From assembly GCA_021324295.1 (NCBI GenBank), contig JAJPJJ010000099.1, forward strand, positions 51,966-115,965: a DNA stretch of 64,000 bases, read 5' to 3'. The notes beneath the pieces were generated by a model, which ran no database searches, had not been told where the DNA came from, and saw only the letters and a list, made by a program, of their open reading frames with translations. Shown here in pieces: positions 49,493 through 56,499 of the stretch. How positions within the stretch are numbered: position 1 is the stretch's first letter; each line of letters starts with the position of its first letter. Position numbers and translations under genes: made by a program. Origin of the DNA: Bacillota bacterium (GTDB lineage: Bacteria; Sysuimicrobiota; Sysuimicrobiia; Sysuimicrobiales; Segetimicrobiaceae).

Positions 49493-51787
49493 CTACGAGG
49501 GAGCCGCCCTTCGGCCCGTCGCTGCGCAGCCGAGGAGCCGGTCGAGGATGACCACGGCCGCGTGCTTGTCGAGGGGCTCGTTGAGGTTACCGCACTTGGG
49601 CGACTGGATGCACGACGGACATCCGGCCTCACACGGGCAGGAGACGATCGCATCACGCGTCCGCGCGAGCAGCTCGTCCAGCACCTCGAAGCCCTTTTCG
49701 GTAACGCCCACGCCCCCCGGGTAGCCGTCGTAGATGAAGACCGTCGCGCGCCCCGTCTCCGGGTAATGCGGGTAGCTCACGCCGCCGATGTCCCAGCGGT
49801 CGCACATCGAAAGCAGCGGGAGCAGCCCGATCGCGGCGTGCTCCATCGCGTGCGCGCCGCCGGCCACATCGAGCCCTGCCGCCTCAACCGCGTCGGCGAG
49901 GCCCTCCGGAAGCACCAGCCACAGCGCCGTGGTCGCCAGTTCCTGCGCCGGCATGTCGAGCGGCTCGACGCCGAGGACCGTATCGGTGAACATCTGCTTG
50001 CGCCGGTACTCGGTGACGTGCTGGACGACCCGTACCTCGCCGAACTCCGCCGTGGCCGGGCCCAGCGGCCGCGCCTCGCGGCTGCGGGCCACCGAGACGT
50101 CGGTCAGCACCCGGGCCTCGGTGTAGTAGCCGCTGCCGTCGGGCTCCACCACGGCGGTCCGGGCCGGGATGTCCAGGCGGACGACCCGGTAGGCCTCGCC
50201 CTGGTGGAGATAGACCGCGCCGTCGTGGAGCTGTTGGAACGCCCGGGCGGCGTCGACGGTACCGATGAGCCGGCCCGTCCGGCCGTGCACGATCCGGTAC
50301 CGATCCCCTGAGGCGGCGCGGATGTCGACGTCGCCGGCCGGGTAGGCGCGGCCGGGAGGGTGCCACCGCCCGCGGCGCCACCGGAGCGCCCCCAGCGCCT
50401 CGAGCGCTCGGGCGACATCGCCCGTCCGCGCGCCCAACAACGCTGCGTCGCCCGGCTCCAGCGGGGCCTCGCTCGCCGCGCACCGCAGGTGCGCCGCGAG
50501 GATGTAGGGGTTGTCCGGATCGACGGTTGCGTGCTCGACCGGGCGCCCGAAGAAGTACGCGGGCTGGCGCATCAGGTACTGGTCCAGCGCGTCCTCGAGC
50601 GCGATCAGGACGGCGAGCGACTCCTCGGTGCCACGCCCCGCGCGGCCGGCGCGTTGCCACACGCTGGCCATCGTACCCGGATAGCCGACGAGGACGGCCG
50701 CATCCAGCCCGCCGACGTCGATCCCGAGCTCGAGCGCGCTCGTGCTCACGACCCCAATGAGATCACCCCGGAACAGCCGCTGCTCGATCGCCCGGCGCTC
50801 CTCGGGCAGGTAGCCCGCGCGGTACGGGCGGATCCGGGCGACGAGGTCCGGCGCGTCCTCGAGCGCCTGCACCGCGTACCGGTACACGAGTTCCGTAACC
50901 CTCCGGGCCTTCGTGAAGACGATCGTCCGGATCCCGCGGCGCACCAGCGCGGCGGCGAGCCGGCCTGCCTCGACGTACGGGCTGCGCCGGCGCATCCGCG
51001 CCCGCTCGACCACCGGAGGATTCCACAGGGCGAACCGCCGGGCACCGCGGGGCGCGCCGTCCCCGCCGACGACGCGCAGCGGCACCCCGGTCAGACGCCG
51101 GCCGAACTCCTCCGGGTTCGCGATCGTGGCGGAGGTGCAGACGAATTGGGGCGCGGCGCCCCGCAGGCGGCAGAGCCGGCGGAGGCGCCGCAGCACGAGG
51201 GCGACGTGGCTCCCAAACACCCCCCGGTACACGTGCATATCGTCCAGCACGATGTAGCGCAGCGACCGCAGGAACGGTGTCCAGCGGAAGTGCTGCGGGA
51301 GGATCCCGACGTGCAGCATGTCGGGGTTGGTCAGGAGGATCCGCGCCTCCCGCCGCAACCGGCGGCGCTGCTCCGTCGGCGTATCCCCATCGTAGGTGCC
51401 CGCCGGGATCCCGAGCCCGAGCTCGTCCACCGCGTCGATCTGATCCTGGGCCAGGGCCTTCGTAGGGTAGAGGAGCAGCGCCCGGGCGTCCGGATCGGCG
51501 AGCAGCGCCTCGGCCACGGGCAGCAGGTAGCACAGCGTCTTGCCGCTCGCGGTCCCCGTCGTCACGATCACCGACTCCCCGGCGCGCGCGGCCTCCAGGG
51601 CTTCGGCCTGGTGCGCGAACAGCCGCGTGATCCCGCGCCGCCGGAGCGCCTCCTCGAGCAGGCGAGGGAGCGGGCGCGTGAGTGTGCCGTACCGCGCGGG
51701 CCGCGCGGGGAACAACCGCGTGTGGACGATCTGGTCTCGGTACTGCGGCTCGCGCATGATCTCGTCGAGCAGGTGCGTGGCGTTCAC
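49493..51787 (-). CDS. MrfA/YprA-type DEXH-box helicase with C-terminal DUF1998 zinc-binding domain.
   Basis: Walker A GTASGKTLCYLLP, DExH block YIVLDDMHVYRG, motif VI QRAGRAGRG, C-terminal four Cys CPCEAGCPSCIQSPKCGN. 764 aa. Confidence 0.85.
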   Translation of the reverse strand: MNATHLLDEIMREPQYRDQIVHTRLFPARPARYGTLTRPLPRLLEEALRRRGITRLFAHQAEALEAARAGESVIVTTGTASGKTLCYLLPVAEALLADPDARALLLYPTKALAQDQIDAVDELGLGIPAGTYDGDTPTEQRRRLRREARILLTNPDMLHVGILPQHFRWTPFLRSLRYIVLDDMHVYRGVFGSHVALVLRRLRRLCRLRGAAPQFVCTSATIANPEEFGRRLTGVPLRVVGGDGAPRGARRFALWNPPVVERARMRRRSPYVEAGRLAAALVRRGIRTIVFTKARRVTELVYRYAVQALEDAPDLVARIRPYRAGYLPEERRAIEQRLFRGDLIGVVSTSALELGIDVGGLDAAVLVGYPGTMASVWQRAGRAGRGTEESLAVLIALEDALDQYLMRQPAYFFGRPVEHATVDPDNPYILAAHLRCAASEAPLEPGDAALLGARTGDVARALEALGALRWRRGRWHPPGRAYPAGDVDIRAASGDRYRIVHGRTGRLIGTVDAARAFQQLHDGAVYLHQGEAYRVVRLDIPARTAVVEPDGSGYYTEARVLTDVSVARSREARPLGPATAEFGEVRVVQHVTEYRRKQMFTDTVLGVEPLDMPAQELATTALWLVLPEGLADAVEAAGLDVAGGAHAMEHAAIGLLPLLSMCDRWDIGGVSYPHYPETGRATVFIYDGYPGGVGVTEKGFEVLDELLARTRDAIVSCPCEAGCPSCIQSPKCGNLNEPLDKHAAVVILDRLLGCAATGRRAAPS

Positions 51788-52079
51788 GCCTGTCGTGTTC
51801 GCGGCGGGGCTGCCGGGCGCCTGTATCCTGCAGCCCTCCTGCGCCCCCTATCCTTCGGTTGCCCGCGCCCGCCCCCGCGGCGCGTCGCGGACGAGGTCCG
51901 GGACCGGCGGAGGGACCCGGACGCGGCGACCGGCCACAGGCCGCCGGACTGCCTCCGCGGCCCGTGACCCTGCCCCGGACCGCTATACTCGGGGTGGTGC
52001 CGGTTCGAACGGGCGGGGTCACGGGAGGCGGCGCAAGGGCCGTGTCGGACGGCACGATCGGCGCCACGGGTAGCTAGGC

Positions 52080-52559
52080 GTGGGCGCCGTTCGCCCTCGA
52101 GGCATCCTGCGGTGTCTCCTCCGCATCCCGGCGTACCTGTATCGCTGGAGGTGCGGGCGGGTGCTTGGAACCCGCTTCCTGCTCCTGACCCACGTGGGAC
52201 GTCGGAGCGGCCGCCGCTACCAGACCGTTTTGGAAATCCTGGAGTATCGCGACGAGGGCCCCGAGGCGGTGGTGATGAGCGGGTGGGGCCCGAACGCCGA
52301 CTGGCTTCGCAATATCCAGGCGGGATCCAGTCCGGAGGTCACCATCGGCTCACGCCGTTTCGTTGCGGCCCACCGTATCCTCGGCGAGGAGGAGGCGATG
52401 AAGGTGGTCGAACGGTACGAGCGGCGCAATCGGTTCACGGCACCGATCGCCCGCGCGGTGCTGAGCCGCCTGCTCGGATGGCACTATCAGGGATCCGCGC
52501 GCGATCGCCGCCGGCTCGTCGGGCAGTTGCCCCTCATAGCGTTCCGCCCGCGATCGTGA
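52080..52559 (+). CDS. DUF385 (PNPOx-like) nitroreductase-family protein, probably deazaflavin (F420H2)-dependent (Ddn-like).
   Basis: ...GTRFLLLTHVGRRSGRRYQTVLEILEYRDEGPEAVVMSGWGPNADWLRNIQAGSSPEVTIGSRRFVAAHRIL... is the typical DUF385 pattern. Confidence 0.7.
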   Translation: MGAVRPRGILRCLLRIPAYLYRWRCGRVLGTRFLLLTHVGRRSGRRYQTVLEILEYRDEGPEAVVMSGWGPNADWLRNIQAGSSPEVTIGSRRFVAAHRILGEEEAMKVVERYERRNRFTAPIARAVLSRLLGWHYQGSARDRRRLVGQLPLIAFRPRS

Positions 52560-52666
52560 CGACGCGCGAGCGGGCGGCCCGATCGTCGAGCGCGTCCGTC
52601 GCATCATCCGAGGGCCCCGGCCCCCTGGCGCGGTGGGCCGAATTGCGGCGTTGCGCCCGATACCGC

Positions 52667-53170
52667 TCAGCGCGTGCCCGAGCGGCCTTCCACCCAGGCC
52701 CGCGCCTCTGGCGACTTCGCCCATTCCCCCGCCACCTGTCTGGTGCTGACGTTGAGGCGGTTCCAGGCGTTGATCAGGGCGATCGAGATGATCAGGGCCG
52801 CAAGCGCGGGCTCGTCGTAGTGACGAGCGGCCTCCTCCCAGATCTCGTCCGGTACCGGATCCGCCCGGTCGCTGAGCCGCGTGACGGCCTCCGCGAGCGC
52901 CAGCGCGGCGCGTTCGGCACCCGTGAAGTAAGGCGCATCCCGCCAGGCCGCCACCGCGAAGAGGCGCTCGTCTGTCTCGCCTGCCCTCCTGAGGTCGCGA
53001 GCATGCATGTCAACGCACACGCTGCAGCCGTTGATCTGGCTCGCGCGCAGCAGGACAAGGTCGCGCGTCCGCGGCGGCAGGCCGCCCCGTTCCGTGGCCT
53101 TCCCCAACGCTTGCAGGGCCTGCATGGCCCCAGGAACGATCATCGCCGGGTTGCACATCCGTGCTTGCAT
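52667..53170 (-). CDS. Carboxymuconolactone decarboxylase (AhpD-like, CMD) family protein.
   Basis: MQARMCNPAMIVPGAMQALQALGKATERGGLPPRTRDLVLLRASQINGCSVCVDMHARDLRRAGETDERL... contains the CxxC AhpD core. ATG at 53170 is preceded by GGAGGAGG. Confidence 0.8.
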   Translation of the reverse strand: MQARMCNPAMIVPGAMQALQALGKATERGGLPPRTRDLVLLRASQINGCSVCVDMHARDLRRAGETDERLFAVAAWRDAPYFTGAERAALALAEAVTRLSDRADPVPDEIWEEAARHYDEPALAALIISIALINAWNRLNVSTRQVAGEWAKSPEARAWVEGRSGTR

Positions 53171-53215
53171 GGCGTACCTCCTCCAGGAGTCGTCGGGTGT
53201 CTTGCTGAACCGGCC

Positions 53216-53242
53216 CGTCACACGGGCCGGGTTTCGTTCGTC
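53216..53242 (+). promoter_or_regulatory. ECF41-type promoter motif (c)GTCACA-n16-CGTC facing the ECF41-like sigma gene; its -35 element is the spacer of a perfect inverted repeat CCGGCCCG-TCACA-CGGGCCGG.
   Basis: Plus-strand cCGTCACAcgggccgggtttcgttCGTCact ends 37 nt before the sigma ATG. The published ECF41 target consensus, from recall, is TGTCACA-n16-CGTC. Confidence 0.5.
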
Positions 53243-53250
53243 ACTACTAC

Positions 53251-53276
53251 GACGAAACGCGACGAGGGAATGTGAC
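53251..53276 (-). promoter_or_regulatory. Second ECF41-type motif GTCACA-n16-CGTC on the minus strand, facing the CMD gene.
   Basis: The minus strand reads ccGTCACAttccctcgtcgcgtttCGTCgtag. It sits about 80 nt upstream of the CMD ATG at 53170. Confidence 0.5.
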
Positions 53277-53278
53277 GG

Positions 53279-54172
53279 ATGGACGCACACGAGCGGCTGG
53301 CGGAGCGATTCGAGGCCCATCGGAGCCACCTGCGGGCGGTGGCCTACCGGATGCTCGGCCGGCTCGACGAGGCAGACGATGCCGTGCAGGAGGTCTGGCT
53401 CCGGCTGAGCCGCTCCGGCGCCGGCGGCGTCGATAATCTCCGCGGATGGCTGACAACGGTCGTGGCGCGGGTGTGCCTGGATATGCTGCGCTCACGCCGG
53501 TCACGGCGCGAGGAGCCTCTGGGCGTGCACCTGCCGGACCCGGTCATCAGCCGCGAGGACGCCATCGACCCCGAGCACGAAGCGCTGCTGGCCGACTCCG
53601 TTGGTCTGGCTATGCTCGTGGTGCTCGAGACGCTGGATCCCGCCGAGCGGGTCGCGTTCGTGCTGCACGACGTGTTCGGCGTCCCCTTCGACGAGATCGC
53701 TCCCATCGTGGGGCGCTCTCCGGCGGCGGCGAGGCAGCTCGCCAGCCGTGCTCGCCGCCGGGTGCAAGGAGCGACCACGCGTCCCGACGCCGATCTCGCC
53801 CGCCAGCGGCAAGTGGTGGACGCCTTCCTTGCTGCCGCGCGGGGCGGCGACTTCGGCGCGCTGCTCGCGGTGCTCGATCCGGACGTCGTGCTCCGGGCCG
53901 ACCGCGGCGCCGCACCTCCGGGCGCGCCGAGAATAGTCCGGGGCGCGCAGGCAGTGGCCAAGCAGGCGGTCGTCTTCTCGGGGCGCGCCGTGCCCGGCCT
54001 CGTCGTGCGGCCGGCGCTCGTGAACGGCGCGGCCGGAGTTGTCGCATGGCTTCCGGACGGGCGGCCGCTCTCCGTGTTGGGCTTCACGGTCGCAGGCGGG
54101 AAGATTGTCGAAATCGACGTGCTTGCCGATCCCGAGCGTCTGCGCCGGCTCGACCTAAGGCCGGCGCCATGA
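53279..54172 (+). CDS. ECF sigma factor with C-terminal SnoaL-like extension (ECF41 or ECF56-type).
   Basis: Sigma regions: ...AVAYRMLGRLDEADDAVQEVWLRLSRS... and ...LDPAERVAFVLHDVFGVPFDEIAPIVGRSPAAARQLASRARRRV..., followed by a 110-aa C-terminal extension. The CMD-family gene lies divergent, as is typical for ECF41. Confidence 0.85.
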   Translation: MDAHERLAERFEAHRSHLRAVAYRMLGRLDEADDAVQEVWLRLSRSGAGGVDNLRGWLTTVVARVCLDMLRSRRSRREEPLGVHLPDPVISREDAIDPEHEALLADSVGLAMLVVLETLDPAERVAFVLHDVFGVPFDEIAPIVGRSPAAARQLASRARRRVQGATTRPDADLARQRQVVDAFLAAARGGDFGALLAVLDPDVVLRADRGAAPPGAPRIVRGAQAVAKQAVVFSGRAVPGLVVRPALVNGAAGVVAWLPDGRPLSVLGFTVAGGKIVEIDVLADPERLRRLDLRPAP

Positions 54173-54173
54173 G

Positions 54174-54206
54174 TCGCGAGCATCAACAGCTCTCGCGAGC
54201 CAACCG
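54174..54206 (+). terminator. Hairpin (TCGCGAG-11 nt-CTCGCGA) immediately after the ECF41-like sigma stop; candidate terminator.
   Basis: Plus-strand gagTCGCGAGcatcaacagctCTCGCGAgcc. Confidence 0.35.
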
Positions 54207-54472
54207 CTGAAAGGGCACGCTTGTGCGATGCGGATCCGAGTGTGGTACAATTCCGGCGGAGTCGTGGAGCGTTGGCTGGACCTGGGCGGCCCGGCACGCC
54301 GCCCGCGCGTCGGGCCGGGCCGAGCGCCGTCGTCTGCGGCGGGCACGCCCGGCGCGAGTGACGTGCTGCGGGCCGCCCGCCCCGATTCGCGAGGTCGGCC
54401 GCCGGCCGACGGTGTCCCTCCCCGAACGATCGCCGTCGTTGACCCTCACCCGAGGAGACGCAGGAGGACGCC

Positions 54473-56452
54473 GTGCCCAAACCGATGCCGATCCAACCGA
54501 CCGATCTGCTCGAACTCGCCACGGCGTCGGACGTCCAGCTGTCACCCGACGGGCGGCTGGTCGCCTATGTCCGCACGGAGATCGACGCCGACGCGGACGC
54601 GTACCGCTCCGCGATCTGGGTCGTCCCGGCATCCGGCGGCACGCCGGTGCCGTTCACGCGCGGCCCCCGCGACTGGTCGCCGAGATGGTCGCCGGACGGT
54701 CGGTGGCTCGCGTTCCTCTCGGATCGCGACGGCGGGCACGCCCAGCTCTACGTCCTGCCGATGGCCGGCGGTGAGGCGCGGCGACTCACCTCCCAGCCCC
54801 TCGGTGTGGGCGAGCCGGCGTGGTCGCCCGACTCGACCCGCGTCGCCTTCCGGGCGAGGGTCTGGAGGGAGCCGCCACCCGCGGATCCGGCAGAGCGTGA
54901 GCGGTGGACGCGTCGACCCCGCGTCGTGACCCGCGCTCAATACAAGGCAGACGGACCGGGGTACACCTTCGACGCCGTCGGGCATCTGTTCGTGGTCGAC
55001 GTGGCCTCCGGGGCCGTCTCGGTGCTCACGCAGGGGGACGCGGAGCACGCGGGCCCCGCCTGGTCCCCGGACGGCCGGCAACTGGCGTTCGTGCGGGCCC
55101 GCACGGGTTCGGCCGACTACAATCTCTTCGACCTCTGGATCATGGACGCAGACGGCGGCCACGCGCGCCGGCTCACCGAGCAGGTCGGCCGGGCCACCTC
55201 CCCGTCGTGGTCCCCGGACGGCACGCTGGTCGCGTGCTTCGGCCGCGAGCAACAGGAACCGGGGTTCGGCGACCCGGTCGTGCGCGTGTGGGTGGCGCCC
55301 GTGCAGGGCGGGACGCCCCGCTGCCTCACCGCGGGGGACCGACGCAGCGTGGCGCTCAACCAGCCGCCGATGCCCACGCCGCCGCCGATCTGGTCGGCGG
55401 ACGGGCGGACGCTTGTGTGCCTTATGGCCGACGCCGGCAGCGCGCACGTCGCGCGCGTCTTTACCGGCGACGGGCACGTGCGCGCCGTCGTGCGCGGCGC
55501 GCGGCAGGTGCAGAGCGTGGCGGCGCTGGAGGACCGCCTCGCGTTCTGCGCCACCGACTGGCACGCGCCCGCAGACGTCTATGCCTGCGCCCCGGACGGC
55601 TCCGACGAGCGCCGGTTGACGGACCTCAACGGGGCGTGGCGAGCGCGGGTGGCGCTCCCCCGCGTGGAGCGCCGCACGTTCCGCAGCCCGCACGGCGGTG
55701 AGATCGACGGCTGGGTGGTCCACCCCGCGGACGGCCGGCGCCCGGCGCCGCTGCTCGTCGACATCCACGGGGGTCCGCACAGCTACGCGGGCAACGCGTT
55801 CCCGCTCGGCACCCTGCACCTGTTCGTGCTGGCGGGCCGCGGGTGGGCGGCGCTCGCGCTGAACCCCACGGGCTCCGGGTCGTACGACCGCGCCTTCGCG
55901 CACGCGATCCGCGGCCGGTGGGGCGAGCACGACCTGCCGGAGCAGCTCGCGGCCGTGGACGCGCTCGTCGCAGACGGCACCGCGGACGCGTCCCGCCTCG
56001 CCGTGGCCGGGTACTCCTACGGGGGATTCATGGCCGCCTGGACGATCACGCACACCACCCGGTTCCGGGCGGCCATCGTCGGTGCGCCCGTCGTCAACCT
56101 CGAGTCGTTTCACGGCACGTCAGACATCGGGGCGTGGTTCGCCTCGTGGGAGATGTGCGGCGATCTCGCGGCGCACCGCGAGCGGTACCGGCGGCTGTCG
56201 CCGGTGCACCACCTCGAGCACGTGGTCACGCCGACGCTGATCGTGCACGGGGAGGCGGACGAGCGCTGCCCGATCGGGCAGGGGGAAGAGCTGTTCGCGG
56301 GACTTGTCATCCTCGGCCGTGCGCCCGTAGAGTTCGTGCGCTACCCTGGACAGAGTCACGCCTTCCGCGGCACCGGACGCCCGAGCTACCGCGTCGACGT
56401 CGTGCGCCGGATCGTGGAGTGGGTCGAGCGGCACGCCGGCGCGCCGCCGTAG
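54473..56452 (+). CDS. S9-family serine peptidase (prolyl oligopeptidase / acylaminoacyl-peptidase-like; beta-propeller plus alpha/beta hydrolase).
   Basis: Repeated WSPDG propeller motifs, nucleophile motif GYSYGGFMA, C-terminal ...HGEADERCP...SHAF. GTG start is preceded by AGGAGGA. Confidence 0.9.
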   Translation: MPKPMPIQPTDLLELATASDVQLSPDGRLVAYVRTEIDADADAYRSAIWVVPASGGTPVPFTRGPRDWSPRWSPDGRWLAFLSDRDGGHAQLYVLPMAGGEARRLTSQPLGVGEPAWSPDSTRVAFRARVWREPPPADPAERERWTRRPRVVTRAQYKADGPGYTFDAVGHLFVVDVASGAVSVLTQGDAEHAGPAWSPDGRQLAFVRARTGSADYNLFDLWIMDADGGHARRLTEQVGRATSPSWSPDGTLVACFGREQQEPGFGDPVVRVWVAPVQGGTPRCLTAGDRRSVALNQPPMPTPPPIWSADGRTLVCLMADAGSAHVARVFTGDGHVRAVVRGARQVQSVAALEDRLAFCATDWHAPADVYACAPDGSDERRLTDLNGAWRARVALPRVERRTFRSPHGGEIDGWVVHPADGRRPAPLLVDIHGGPHSYAGNAFPLGTLHLFVLAGRGWAALALNPTGSGSYDRAFAHAIRGRWGEHDLPEQLAAVDALVADGTADASRLAVAGYSYGGFMAAWTITHTTRFRAAIVGAPVVNLESFHGTSDIGAWFASWEMCGDLAAHRERYRRLSPVHHLEHVVTPTLIVHGEADERCPIGQGEELFAGLVILGRAPVEFVRYPGQSHAFRGTGRPSYRVDVVRRIVEWVERHAGAPP

Positions 56453-56499
56453 CGCGCGGCGTGCGCCGCGCGCCCGGCGCGTTCAGCTCGGCGTGCGCT

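Noticed and set aside
51990-52012. tRNA T-arm-like GGTTCGAAC motif suggesting a tRNA or tmRNA gene.
   Set aside because: The flanks cannot form a T stem, and no acceptor or anticodon arms are present. I found no tRNA, tmRNA, rRNA or CRISPR repeats in the window.
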